In this document: one piece after another, positions 13,410-27,847 of the stretch
Layout of the letters: each line of letters begins with the position of its first letter
How positions within the stretch are numbered: the first letter of the stretch is position 1
Origin: Eledone cirrhosa
Lineage: Eukaryota
Reading direction: 5' to 3'
DNA length: 64,000 nt
NCBI GenBank assembly: GCA_964016885.1
Contig: OZ024743.1
Span: 346,952,001-347,016,000 of the forward strand
Program-made: the position numbers and the translations under genes
Notes under the pieces: generated by a model
The model's input: only the letters and a program-made list of their open reading frames with translations
Told to the model about the DNA's origin: nothing
The model's database searches: none

Positions 13410-13900
13410 TGTCAGGTCGCCAGTTGGTGCTACTGGTAACATGTATCCCAGTACAACCTGTCCTATGATCGGGTCGTTGGCAACCCCACTAAGGTTTATT
13501 GGTGAGGAGGGTAACTTTGGACATCCTGCAGGACTAAAAACAAAACCTGTCAAAGGGCAAAGGAGCTCTTAAGAGCGGGAGAGATGAACCCTTAGCCTTT
13601 GTCAAGGCAGAATTCTAGGAGAAGGAAAACTCTGATATAACACCTGCAACCCTGATGGTATCCAATGATGTTGACTTGTTCTTCTATTTGGTAAATATCA
13701 TCTTGGTTAAGAGACTGGGAGTGGCTTTGTGTAGTGCCTTTGCTCACTATAAAAGCTTCACGGCACAGGCATTGCTTTATATCTGGAGATCTCTCTGCAC
13801 TTGTCGTTACATGGTACTATGGGACCAGCACTATGTGCCAATAATTGTCACAAGTGTAGTGTTTGTACCAGAGTTTTCAAGTCGCTGGCTGGACTAAAAA
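13410..13900 (+). mobile_element. RTE-like 5' UTR or RTE-derived non-autonomous fragment
   Basis: Contains ctaggagaaggaaaactctga, a motif recalled from RTE-clade 5' UTRs; no ORF. Confidence 0.35.
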
Positions 13901-16213
13901 GTCACAATTGTTCAGCGCATCGGTAGGGCTTATCCTACATGAATATAAAGTAGTGGCCGTACTCGAAAACGAGTTGGCAGCCACCATGTATATATGTATG
14001 TATGTATGTATGTTTGTATGTATGTATGTATGTATGTATGTATGTATGTATGTGTGTATGTATATGTATGTGTGTGTGTGCGAATCTAAATACATGTATA
14101 CATACTTACGTACATATAATGTACAAACGTAACATAGCATGTTTATGTCTACGTTCAAACCTTTGGCTCCTCTTTGCTCTCTTTCATGTAAATATAAATA
14201 GATATATATGTATTCGAGTGTGTGTATGTGTCGTTGATTTTGGCCCATGTGTATATAAATTATTTAGTGTAAGCTTTCCCACTCATTGCCACTTCCACCG
14301 CTTCCCCCTCTTATTTGACATTCATTGTTAAGTGACTCTCAAAGCTAGCAGGAATTTGGTGACAGATGAGCTGGGTGAAATAATGTTTTTCATTTTTTAA
14401 TCAACTGATAGATACTATTCACCCAAACTATAGGTAATACAAGTGTTTTAATGGATAAAATGAATGAACGCTGAGAGATGTGCAACGAAAGCATGGAAAA
14501 GAACCTGCAAGTTAATGAGGAACTGAGAGAGAAAAAGAGAGACAGAGAGAGAGAGACAGATAGATAGATAGACAGATAGAGATCGAGGCAGAGAGAGATA
14601 GAGGAGGAGAAATCGAGGTAGAGAGAGAAAGGGTGATGTTGAAAAACTGAGAGGGTTGACGAGAATTAGGGAGAGACAGAAAGCATATGTATCTACGTGT
14701 GTGTGAGAGTGCGATAACTTGTGTCATTGAATGAAGGAGGGACTAAAAAGGAGTGAAAGTATTAAAATGATATATAAACAGATTGAGTAAGATAGACAAA
14801 ATTTAGATAGAGTGGGATACACAAAATTTGAATGTACATTTGTGAAGCTTTTCCTTATAAATGTGTGTAGTCGAGTTTTAGTAATTCTAATCCCATGTTA
14901 ATCCGATTGGTCTGCGTAGATGAAGTAACAGAATATCCCTGACGAAAACAAAGTGTGATGATGCAGTGTGATGCGTCGTGGGTGATGTTAATGGATTGTG
15001 ACATGTATGTTAATAGATTCGTAGCGTTTATCAGGACTTGGATCTGTTAAAGATAAAGCGATATTATTGGAGCAAATCAATGGAAATATTAATCCCGGCA
15101 ACGTAAGCTATCTTAATTGCGCAATGCAATCTAGACGCGGTACATCTGAGATACAAAGCAACATTCAGACGATGTGATACAGATAGTTGTGTCCAGGTGA
15201 ACTCAAATGATGGGTTACATATTGAAGAATCCGGGGATTTTGCATTTGACGACTAAATGATGTTCCGTGAAACGATCTTCTTATTACCCACCTGCGTCTA
15301 ATTACACAAGACATAAAGTTGACATTTTGTGCGGTAAACGATGTCCGTAGTGTTACAAATGAGACGGCTTGGGAGTTGGAATGATGAGTTAGATGCTAAA
15401 TATTAGTATGTTTTATATGGAGGGACATGTGTTGAAGTGATAGCAGAAGCAAGCATGGAATTGAGGACAATAGCCTACAAAGTTATGTAGAATTAAGTGT
15501 AATATAATATATTTAGGGGTATGGTGTTCATTAATGTAACAGCCACATAGTCATTAGGTGGTTTACTTTGAATTATGTAAGATGTATAGCCCTGACTCGG
15601 GCCTCGTCTAGCACATCTATGATTGAAGGTATTCCAACCGTGAGAACCCTGTCTTTTCTTTTTAGAAACGACAATATGCAATGCTTCCTCTTAAGATGAA
15701 CATTTGAATGATTTGATGAACATTTTGCTGCTATTTCCTGTGGGACCCTACGTGGAGGATCACATGTTGGTACGTAAATATGAGGGAGTCGTGGAAATGC
15801 CTAATATGCTGTTATTGCTGCTGCTGATGGTTCTGGTAGCGGTGGTGGTGGTGGCAGATATGGTCTTATTACTAGGGATGTTTAGCTTGAGGTCTTCCAC
15901 GATCGACAAACGTTCCACCATTTATTATAACAAAGTATATCTATGACAACCTTATCCAACATGTCATTTCATTTTATTCACATTTGGTTTTCTGGAATAT
16001 TTGGCTGTTATATTTAGCAGATCCAGTGACCATGTGGAAATATGATTGTGTATATGGTGGAAAGTTGAGAACGGCATGTGTAAATCATAGAAAACTGACT
16101 ATTAAAAGAGTCAAAAGAAACATGAAATATGAGAAAGAGAGAGGGAAACTGAGGAAAAAGGCGAAGAGGAAGAGACAGGGAGTGGAATGAGGGGGTAGAG
16201 AGAGATAAAGAGG

Positions 16214-16286
<73 letters not shown>

Positions 16287-16606
16287 GCACAAGTAAAATG
16301 AGAGAGATATCTGTACATATGAAAGTAAATTGAAAATAAAGAAGGTCAAAACGACAAACACTGAATGAGAATGGAAGGAAAGAGGTTCAGCAAAACAGGA
16401 GGAGAAAGAAAATATAGAAAGAAAAGAGGAAACTGGGGAAAGAAGAACATAAGAAAAACATTGTAAAAGAGAGAGAGAGAGAGAGGTAGACATAATGGGT
16501 GTATAAAACCAAGAATGGAAAACAGCTTATGACATGTTCTGTGTCTCTAAGGAGTATCATAAAGATAAACAATCACATAGAGTATACTCTCACGGCTGAT
16601 AGACAC

Positions 16607-16643
<37 letters not shown>

Positions 16644-16747
16644 CATAACCATACACACAGAAGCATTTAAAAATGCATAAATTTATACATACTAATATCC
16701 AGATATGAATATATTTATATATATATATGTGTGTGTATGTGTATGTG

Positions 16748-16780
<33 letters not shown>

Positions 16781-16791
16781 ATGTGTGTGTT

Positions 16792-16860
<69 letters not shown>

Positions 16861-16879
16861 GTGTTTGTGTGTGTGTGTG

Positions 16880-16916
<37 letters not shown>

Positions 16917-17037
16917 TAGTATGTGTGCATACACAAAAGAGACCCTAGCGATACGCCATAGCAACAAAAAATATATGGTCTTGCAATAACTTATTTGAAA
17001 GTGTCATATCATTTTTCTAATTCTCAAAACGCACGTT

Positions 17038-17038
<1 letters not shown>

Positions 17039-17098
<60 letters not shown>

Positions 17099-17129
17099 GC
17101 TGCTACTGCTACTACTACTACTACTGCTG

Positions 17130-17166
<37 letters not shown>
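17039..17166. repeat. (CTA)n/(CTG)n trinucleotide microsatellite
   Basis: Direct observation. Confidence 0.95.
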
Positions 17167-17211
17167 GTGTTTGCGTATATTATATGCTTATTTACACAAA
17201 TATATATATAT

Positions 17212-17400
17212 ATACAATATATTAATAAATGGAAACTATATTTATAAAACCATAATTATTTTATTATATATATTTCAAGGGCGACCAAGGTAAATGATGG
17301 TGCGCTTTCATCAGATAAAATACAGATTTGTTTTATAAATAAATATTGTCATACCCGGAAACAAAACAACCTCAACGGTTGAAATTCGCTGGATAGTGGA
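17212..17400 (-). mobile_element. PLE pLTR-like fragment containing an HHR (same family as 22345-22820)
   Basis: Close match to 22370-22545. Minus strand reads attttat-CTGATGA-aagcgcacc..ggtcgccctt-GAAA-tatatata-ataaaat. Confidence 0.7.
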
Positions 17401-17500
17401 GATACTTGAGGGTGATACAAATTTGTGAATGAGTATGCAAATGAGTGTCTGAAAAATTGAAAAAAACAACGGATTATTTAAATTAAACTGTTAGAAGAAA

Positions 17501-17760
17501 ATAGATGCAAAAAGGAGAGAGACAAGATAGATGTAAAAAGGAGAGAGACAATATAGATGTAAAAAGGAGAGAGACAATATAGATGTAAAAAGGAGAGAGA
17601 CAAGATAGATGTAAAAAGGAGAGAGACAATATAGATGTAAAAAGGAGAGAGACAATATAGATGTAAAAAGGAGAGAGACAAGATAGATGTAAAAAGGAGA
17701 GAGAGACAAGATAGATGTAAAAAGGAGAGAGACAATATAGATGTAAAAAGGAGAGAGACA
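17501..17760. repeat. 26-bp minisatellite, ~10 copies
   Basis: Unit atagatgtaaaaaggagagagacaa(g/t) starts at 17501, 17527, 17553 and onward. Confidence 0.9.
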
Positions 17761-18089
17761 CAAAATTGAGAGGGAGAGAGATAAAGAGAATAGAAAGAGA
17801 AAGAGAGAGATAGAAGAAAAAGAGAAAATATATAATATTGAGAGGGAGTGAAGGAAAGAACAAAGAGTGCTTTATATCAGTTATAAAAATGTTTAAGCTT
17901 GTTGAATCCCAACAAATTAAATATAACCTCTGCAAATATATATATATATTTTTCTGGTACTAGCTGTTGAAAGGGCAAAAGCTCAGCCGTTTGGATTCTG
18001 ACTCATTCATATAACCATACTCTGCTAGCCCAAGTATCGAGTATTCTGGTGAGTAATGATCTAACTAGTTTCTAACTGAATCCATTCTG

Positions 18090-18215
<126 letters not shown>

Positions 18216-18286
18216 GGAAAGTTATATTTAAATTGTTGGGTTACAACGTATGTCGAATCTATCTATTTATAAGACTGTTTATATTG

Positions 18287-18352
18287 TATTTTGTCTGAAG
18301 AAGGCATAACATATTTTTAATATGATATCCCTGAAATATATATAATGAAATA
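18287..18352 (+). ncRNA. Type I hammerhead ribozyme motif in a pLTR-like stub
   Basis: TATTTTGT, CTGAAGA, stem II AGGcATAaCATATT-ttt-AATATGaTATcCCT, GAAA TATATA TA, ATGAAATA. The downstream aaatatggttttataaatata is shared with the 17212/22545 family. Confidence 0.7.
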
Positions 18353-18412
18353 AATATGGTTTTATAAATATAATTTCCATTTATTTAATATCGTATATAT
18401 ATATATATATAT

Positions 18413-18670
18413 CTAAGGCGGGTAAAATTCCCGAGATCCATGGACGAGTTCTCTCCAGCGGTCTCTGTCCCTCATTATCGCTGCCATGTCCTGCATCTCC
18501 AACAGACCAGTGTCTGTCCTTAGGGCATCAACATACGTTAACCTTGGTCTTCCTCTTCTAGTGTGTCCATGTAGGGGCTCCCAAAGGAGCACTGAGTGCA
18601 ATGTCAACTCTGGATGTCGGTGAGCATGTCCAGCCAACCTCAGTCTCCTCTGTGTCACTTTTGAGCTGAC
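18413..18670 (-). pseudogene. RTE-clade LINE 3' end fragment
   Basis: RRLRLAGHAHRH..LLWEP..RRGRPRLTYVD..MRDRDRWRELV is the typical RTE C-terminus. Confidence 0.8.
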
Positions 18671-18686
18671 TTTTGGGATGTATATA

Positions 18687-19057
18687 CAGAGTGAGTCAAA
18701 ATTCTGTTAAAACCTTTCTCGATCAAACATTTCCAAATCGTTGGATAGGTCGCAGTGGATCATTGGCATGGCCTGCACACTCCCATGATCTGACACGCTA
18801 TGACTTCTGGTTATGGGGCATGGTAAAGGAGCGTGTGTATAACAAAAAAGTTAGAGACATCGATGAACTCAAGGACAGAATACAAGGTGTCATCTCAATT
18901 ATTCCCCGCTAAATGTGTGTCAAGGTACGAAATTGTGCAGTTGATCGCTGGTTTTTTATGTATTGATCATGCTGGTGGCCAGGTTGAGACTGTTCAGTAA
19001 ATTCTGAATAATTGATTTCTCCCAATACTAGTGTTAACATAATTTTGACTCACCCTG
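18687..19057 (+). mobile_element. Internally deleted Tc1/mariner-superfamily (DD37D/maT-like) DNA transposon
   Basis: 24-bp TIRs (cagagtgagtcaaaattctgttaa / ttaacataattttgactcaccctg, 2 mismatches) with TA on both sides. Transposase C-terminus FPNRWIGR..WPAHSHDLTRYDFWLWG..KERVY corresponds to WPPRSPDLTPxDFFLWG. Confidence 0.85.
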
Positions 19058-19279
19058 TATATGAGTCACGGGTTCAATCGGGGATAACCACAGTAAATAA
19101 CGTACTCAATACATTAATAGCGTTTAACCAATAAATGTAATATAGAAATGGCTTTACAAGACTAGAACTGTTTCATGGGAAAGAAATAATCAGGAAAGAC
19201 TTGATATGCTTTCCTTGATGATTTCTTTCGAATGAAATATTTCTAGTCTGTAGAAACCATTTCTATATTAAATTTGTTG

Positions 19280-19337
<58 letters not shown>

Positions 19338-19339
<2 letters not shown>

Positions 19340-19539
19340 CGAAGGAGTTGTAGTAAGGAACCAGATGGACCATAACGCACCAGAGTACTCAATACTTAGG
19401 GTAGTACAGTGGATGATAGGAAAATGTATGACCCCGACGGCAGATCTAAAGCCGTTTCGACGGCTATTTCTGGACTGAAGTAGTCCAGAAATAGCCGTCG
19501 AAACGGCTTGAGCTCTGCTGTCGGGGTCATACATTTTCC

Positions 19540-19540
<1 letters not shown>
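19338..19540 (+). mobile_element. Hairpin-plus-tail element, full copy
   Basis: ~80-bp tail, then ~59-bp inverted arms (aggaaaatgtatgaccccgacgg..ctggact / agtccag..gtcggggtcatacattttcct); TA repeats on both sides. Confidence 0.75.
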
Positions 19541-19596
<56 letters not shown>

Positions 19597-20950
19597 GTGT
19601 ATGTGTGTTTGTGTGGTATGTGTGAAAGAAAGTGTAGGAGTACTTCTGCGTGTGCGTATGCATGTTTATGTATTGGTTAAATGGTTAAGAAATTCGCATT
19701 ACAATCTCAAGGTCGCATGTTTGATCAACCAGCGAGGAATTTAGGTGTCTTTCATGAAATTAAACAGAACAAAGGTTCAATGATTCATACGTAATTTAAA
19801 GGCAACCCAAAGAACTATAAATAAAGTGAATTGCAAATTGTAGTGGGATTTAAACTCTCCACAATGAGGCCATTACAGTAAACAATTAAAAGTACCTGAC
19901 CCTATACCAAGGAATTCATATTACAACCACCCACCTAACTACCCACTGCCACTTGTGTAAGGAAATATTTTGACATATAGTTATTTACAAGAACACACGC
20001 CGAGAAATATGTAACACAATCCATATATTATGAATGCATAGCTGCGTATATAAAACTATATATATATATATATATATTCGCTTCGTTATTTATGTTTACT
20101 TTTTACATACGTATATAATTATATATATGATATACTTACACATATATGCATACATACATACATACATACATATATATTGCGTGTGTATGTGTGTGTTTGT
20201 GTGTGTTTGTGTATGCATGTATGTTGGTGTTTGTGTGTATATTTCCCCATCCCATATGTATAATCTATCCATGATAGTTTTCATATTTATACACGTGTGT
20301 GTTGACATCTGTTTCCCTCCTCAGTGCCCTGCAATTTTAATATTTTAACAACTCCGCCCCCACTTGATTCCCTGCTGGCACTCTTCACCACCGTTGTTAC
20401 TACTTCCCTACCTCTCTCGAGTTAAGCTACTTCTTTCCCCTCAAATTCTCCGTGAAATCCTCTTTCAACCCCGACACCTACAAACCATCTTTACACCACC
20501 TAGCTCTATATCAAACAATCCTTACACACCACACGTTTCTTCTCATTTCTTATACTGTTGACTACGTATGGTCCCTATTCTACTATATATCGTCTCTTGA
20601 CTACGCTGGTAACATTGTAACTCAGGTTCGCCAACAAGTAATATACAGAAAATACAAATAATATATTCTATTCTAACTGTACCCGTAGAAAATCTTCAGT
20701 TATTTTGAAAGTTATAAAATTGTTGGACTAACCATGAAATACATAGTATATCCTTTAAAGGAATTTGGTTTAAAAGTGTTTAATTCTTGATCTGGTGTAA
20801 ATTGCAGTCTTAGGACAGATCAATTTTGAAAATCATAGCCTTTGTTATACAATTGTCTCTATATATAAGAGATATAAGTGTCGGTATGGGGGGATGGGTT
20901 GTTAATGAGTGTCTGAGTGAAGATTTTGATGACGATTTTAAGGAATTAAA

Positions 20951-21012
<62 letters not shown>

Positions 21013-21347
21013 TACCATTGTTACCATCGCTTTCCTCTAGCCATGGGGCTTGGAGACATGAACCGAATGCTACCATTCTATTTTATATCAATAGACCATC
21101 TTTTCACCCCGTGATAATTTGTGTGTGAGACACGTTGGCTGAATGCTTCTGGCAGGAACTAAAAGATTGATTCTTTTTAGCTTCCCGTCACCACGTAAAA
21201 TTTGTAAATCAGTGGCTAGTTGAGAGATAGAGTACTCTCGGTTGCCAGTTGCTAATCGCTTTACCGTGTCGGTTGTCACAAACAGTCATGACCGGCATGG
21301 GCCGGTGTTTGGATTCTGTCGATCGATTGGTTATTGATTAGGCTATA

Positions 21348-21452
21348 CCCGCTGATGAATCCGCATAAGCCGATTGTGCATTGTTGCATAATATATGCAG
21401 ACAGATGGTGCACCTTACTGCTGCATTAGTGCGGCAGAAACTCGAGTCCGGG
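21348..21452 (+). ncRNA. Type I hammerhead ribozyme motif within a TA-flanked ~580-bp solo pLTR-like insert (21010-21590)
   Basis: CCCG, CTGATGA, stem II (ccgca..tgcgg closing), GAAAC TCGA GTC, CGGG. Canonical GUC triplet and palindromic ACTCGAGT. Confidence 0.75.
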
Positions 21453-22123
21453 AACCTTATAGGTACCTGTTTTACGTGTGTTGTGTTGAGGCAAATAACT
21501 ATGTGTATACTCTGGTAATGTATCTTTCATTGCCCATTGAGTGCGCTGAGATACAACCGGTACTGGCATTAGGGTCCGTCAACCCTTATTATATATATAT
21601 ATACATATATATACAGAAACTAGTGAAGGGTAACAGCAAGAAATTGATTGAGAGTGGAGTTAGGAGGTGTTGGGGTGTTTAAGGCCTGTTTAAGAAAGGT
21701 GTTGTAAAAGTGTCCTCCTACTGGTTCAATTTAATTAAATGACCTTTGATGAATATAATGGCAGTGTGTTTTTCAAATTATTTTCTAATAGCTGAATCAA
21801 CTATCTTAAATGTATAAAGAATATCTTCAACAATTCTCTATATTAAAGATTAATTTGGGTGTGCGTCAGGTGGCACGGAGGGGGGTTAATGAGGTGTAAG
21901 ATACATGTATTTTGATAAAAGTGGAATGACAGCAAAGAGAAAAATAAGAATAGTTTCGGAATATTTGTCAGAAATGTATGTTGTTGATATTGGTTTGAGA
22001 GCGGAAGTGGAGGGGGATCATGCTAGCTCACATATTTACTTCCCTACGTGTAAACATACATGCAGCCCATACACATATACACACACACACATATATATAC
22101 ACATACACATATCTACACATATA

Positions 22124-22165
<42 letters not shown>

Positions 22166-22257
22166 TAGATAGATAAATATACACGGGTGTGTATGATTGT
22201 GTATAGAAGATTATATTAATAGTATAGAAGATTATATCAATAGTATAGAAGATCTTA

Positions 22258-22856
<599 letters not shown>

Positions 22857-22859
<3 letters not shown>

Positions 22860-24140
22860 AAGTGTGAAGAATAACATAGTCAACAGTACAAAAAGGGTTT
22901 TATTTACAGTATTAACAATTGTTTCATTAATTAAGTTGTATAAACATTGCTAATCACTTGAAGTTGTGTCACACAACTTTAAATATAATGTATGCTTAAT
23001 CAAATCATCAGAAAAACTGATTCAAATTATACACGGCGTTTGTAATATACTAGGAACATTCAAATCACAACATCAGTAATAAAGAAAGAAAAAAAAAAAG
23101 AAAAAGGGAGAGAGAAAAAGAAAGAAGAAAAAAGAAAAGAGAAAAAAGAAAAAAGATAAAGCAAAAATAATGAATACAAACCAAAAATACTGGATTAGTT
23201 GGTCGAAACTGTCAGGGGCAAAGGCCTACGAAAATGGAATGTCCCACTGCGGACTTTGCAATATGGAGTTGCTCTATATTTTAAAATATGACAAAATGCT
23301 GCTTAACAGCAAAATTGAACGGTCAATTTTCTGTAGCCATAAAGCAACTACTAAATTCGCTAATTTCAAACCAACTTGATTCGACCCAACAATTCTATAA
23401 TTCAAACTGTACCATCTGAGTCCATTATAATAACCCATTATTATTATTAAAACAATTATTATTATTATTATTAACTGTCAATAAATCAACTAAGCCCTGA
23501 ATCAACAGCATGACCTCCTAACTTTTCTTTCTTTCACTCTCTTTCTCTAAATCTATTTCACCTCTTACATTATATCCTATCGTATTCTCTTCACTTCTAA
23601 CATAACTTCCAATTTATTAATTTATTAATTTAACCAATACATATAATGTATATATTTAGTATTTTCATGTTTATACCATCACGTCTTTATATTTTATCCA
23701 CCAATAACACAACTATTTTCAACAATCATATGTTCACTTTTCTTCGCACACATATACATTTTTTATTTATTTTTCATCATCTTCATTCTAACTTATTTAT
23801 TATTATTTATTTATTATTTTTTCTTTATCTTTTTTTTTCTCTTTTCTTTTTTCTTCTTTCTTTTTTCTCTCTCTTTTTCTTTTTTTCTTTTTCTTTCTTT
23901 ATTACTGATTTTGTGATTTGAATTTTCCTACAAACGCCGTGTATAATTTTAATCAGTTTTTTCTGATGATTTGGATAATCATACATTGTATTTAAAATTG
24001 AGTAACACAACTTCAAGTGATTAGCAATTTTTAGACACTTTAATCAATGAAATAATTGTAAATTTAATCAATGAAACAAACTGTAAATAAAACCCTTTTT
24101 GTTCTGTTTACCATGTTATTCTTCACTCTTTGACTATTAT
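22857..24140 (+). mobile_element. 5'-truncated PLE: inverted pLTR + GIY-YIG C-terminus + 3' pLTR
   Basis: ORF remnant 23170-23379 (ISWSKLSGAKAYENG..CGLCNMEL..LLNSKIE..CSH) matches the Naiad C-terminus. 22857-23170 is an inverted copy of ~23800-24135. HHR at 22907-23019(-): CAGTTTTT-CTGATGA..GAAAC AATT GTT-AATACTG, with a decayed counterpart near 23955-24085(+). Confidence 0.8.
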
Positions 24141-24299
24141 TACTCCAAGATTAACCTGCATAAGAATTCCCGAGAACTCACGAACTCGCTACCTAAGGAA
24201 AACTCTTGTTGAGTCAAACAACGCCGTACGCTAAAACTATCCACAATGCGGAGTATTCACGACCTCTAACTGGATTACCTATAACGATAACTTGTTATC

Positions 24300-24366
<67 letters not shown>

Positions 24367-24734
24367 TAAATATATATATATTTATACATACACACATACA
24401 TGCATCCATACATACGCACACATGCATACACATACCTGTAGACATGCAAATATACATACATATACATACACATCCATACACATATGTTTACACATCTACT
24501 TAAATATTTAAGCTTACATATTTATTGGGGTGAAGAAGGCAGAATTAATGAAATGGTAGTGTACATCCGAGGGTTATTCTCTTCAACGATCGAATGTTTG
24601 AAAGTGCGGGTGTCATCCACTTCCATTTGGATAGTTTTCTTCTTTTAATATGCAATTTTAAAAAAAGGTGGACGGGGTGCTGAGAATCCCGTTATTTGAA
24701 TATAGAATATCATTATATATATATATATATGTAT

Positions 24735-24935
24735 AACGAAGGGAGTGTGGTAAGGAACCGGGTGGACTATAACGCAAGAGATTACTCGATATTTAGGGTA
24801 GTAGAGTGGGTAATAGGAAAAAGATTCAGGACCCCGACGGCTGAGCGCAGGACGTTTCGACAGCTAGATCTCGTTTGGATCTAGCTCTAGCTGTCGAAAC
24901 GGCCGGAGTTCAGCCGCCGGTGTCCTGACTCTTTT

Positions 24936-24938
<3 letters not shown>
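24735..24938 (+). mobile_element. Hairpin-plus-tail element, full copy
   Basis: Same tail; arms aggaaaaagattcaggaccccgacggctgag..cgacagctag / ctagctgtcg..ttcagccgccggtgtcctgactcttttcct; TA-flanked. Confidence 0.75.
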
Positions 24939-24974
<36 letters not shown>

Positions 24975-25073
24975 TTTAAAGCCTTGAAATATCCGAGATC
25001 CCCATAAGACAACTGATAAGGAACCCCCCCCCCCTCAGTTCTTCTTCTTCTTCTTCTTCTTCTTCTTCTTCTT

Positions 25074-25104
<31 letters not shown>

Positions 25105-25119
25105 AGCCTACCTTACTTA

Positions 25120-25156
25120 TTGCTGACGATAGCTAATAAGCTTGAAACTAGTACAG
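25120..25156 (+). ncRNA. Minimal hammerhead-like motif next to (CTT)n
   Basis: TTG, CTGACGA, tAGCT-aata-AGCTt, GAAA CTAG TA, CAG. Palindromic ACTAGT and GUA triplet, but stem I is only ~3 bp. Confidence 0.5.
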
Positions 25157-25420
25157 CGTTCCTTTGTCAGTGTTGAACAAACGAGCAACGATGGTTGCTA
25201 GACACTACGGCTTAATATGGGATGTTTGTTTACAAACACACCGAGCATTATAATAAATGTTCGGTGAATCCATACGTTCATACATATATGTGTGCATGTA
25301 TGTATATATACGGACATACTACTGTACGTCTGTATACATATATGTATGTACGTGTACATACTAATATTTAAGTAACAGCCGTACTAAGAGTGGGAAATGA
25401 AATTTCGTTTCATTTTTTCC

Positions 25421-25456
<36 letters not shown>

Positions 25457-25976
25457 AAGTTATAGTAAAACTATGGAGGTTATAGTAAAAATGATATTAT
25501 ATTTAATTATTTCTAGAGTACAACAAGCTATGTAAAAGTGTTTGAACCTTCGATTGCCTATGTGACCACCCTTGCCAGTCCGGATATTGCAGTATCCTAT
25601 TTAATTTATTGACAAAATTTTTCTTCCATATTTTTAGAATAATTTTCAAACATATATCCATTACATTATTCTCCCATCGTATCAATGTAACTATCCGTCT
25701 GTCCAACTGTATGTCTATCTATCAATGAATCTATCTTCAAGCTACTTTTGGTATTTCTGATTTGTTTTTGTAGTCCTTGTACGAATATATTTGGTAACTA
25801 CTCATGAGTAAGTCAGATAGACAAGTAGAAAGACGGATGGATAGATATAGAAGTAGTTTGATAACTAGCTATGTATATTGATAGATGGATAAATATATAA
25901 ATACATAGATATATAGAATGATGGATAGATACATAGAGAGAGAGAGCGAGAGAGAGAGAGAGAGAGGGGGGGAGAT

Positions 25977-26028
<52 letters not shown>

Positions 26029-26153
26029 TTGAAAGTGGTGACATTCTGCAACTCACAGAATGAGTGTTTCTAATTATGAATAAATTTACTCAGCCACTCT
26101 TTCTGAACAACTCCCTCTCTCATTCATCCTCTTCCCTCCTCTCTTCCCCCCTA

Positions 26154-26202
<49 letters not shown>

Positions 26203-26231
26203 CCTGCTAAAATAACGAGCGGAACAGATAT

Positions 26232-26288
<57 letters not shown>

Positions 26289-26659
26289 CACTTCCACAAC
26301 GACAAAAACCATCAGCAGCACCACCGTTAACATCAACAACCACCGACACCACCACTAACACCACCTCCAGCGCCACAACAACAGCAGACTGAACAAATTT
26401 GACAATAATTGCGACATTATACAAAAAGCATTATAGTTTGTTTTTTTCAGTAATAAAACTTGACAAGAGAAAATGATATGTTGGACGTTTTTCATTACGA
26501 TATTAGTTTAGGAATTACGTTTTATTATTTCTAGAGTTGTTGACTGACCATCACCTGTGTTGTCGAAATTATAATCCAATATGAATGATAGAACACTGGC
26601 AGAGCAAACGAAATACATAGAAAATCATAACTATACATACATACATACATACATACATT

Positions 26660-26819
<160 letters not shown>

Positions 26820-26820
26820 A

Positions 26821-26857
<37 letters not shown>

Positions 26858-26939
26858 TATATACCTTTCTCTCTCTGTATGTCTCTGTCTCTCTCTATAT
26901 ATACATATATATACCTTTCTCTCTCTCTGTCTGTCTCTG

Positions 26940-26973
<34 letters not shown>

Positions 26974-26974
26974 C

Positions 26975-27028
<54 letters not shown>

Positions 27029-27398
27029 ATAACAATATACATATATATATATATATACACATATATAAATTATAACAATATATATATACATATATATACA
27101 TATATGTATATATGAACCTGTTATACATTACAGAGTTTAATAGAGTTTAAGGACTTGACAATTTCATTCTTTTTTCCTATTTTTTACACTTTTATACTCT
27201 TTAAAAGCGCAATGATTACAAATCCAGATAACAAATGTTAACATATGAAACAGAAGTAATAATATTAGAAATAATGATGACAACGACAGCGGCGATGACG
27301 ATAATGAGGGGAATGGTGTTGGTGATAATGATGATGACGATAATAGTAACAACCACCAACAATAATAAGAACAACAATAATGAGGATGATGATGATGT

Positions 27399-27446
<48 letters not shown>

Positions 27447-27448
27447 CA

Positions 27449-27483
<35 letters not shown>

Positions 27484-27507
27484 GCTACTACTACTACTAC
27501 TGCTGCT

Positions 27508-27570
<63 letters not shown>

Positions 27571-27593
27571 ATAATAATAATAATAATAATAAT
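27399..27593. repeat. (TAC)n followed by (TAA)n microsatellite, 3' flank of the Tx1 cluster
   Basis: Direct observation. Confidence 0.95.
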
Positions 27594-27847
27594 GATTTCA
27601 TTTATTGGCCACAAGGGCCGACATATAGGGGACAACACAATAGACAGGGACAGTGGGGGTTTACATAGAGATCGAGTAAGTATAAATAACAAAAAAAACA
27701 AAATAACAATAAAAATACAACAATGAAAGTTCCCCAATAAGAGGGATCACCACCCAGGGTTGACTCAAGCACCCCACCAGTCCTGAGCCACCCGACGCTC
27801 CTAGGGCACCCGGGAAGGGCACCCCTCTCCTTCTCGAATTCACCAGC

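Noticed and set aside
14880-15490. Possible very old PLE RT remnant on the minus strand (NPSFEFTW, FRQGYS)
   Set aside because: Only two short motif-like peptides with no recoverable frame; needs tBLASTx or HMM support.
25503-25706. 67-aa non-repetitive ORF, possibly a host exon (similarly 8337-8531)
   Set aside because: No recognisable domain, splice support or neighbouring exons.
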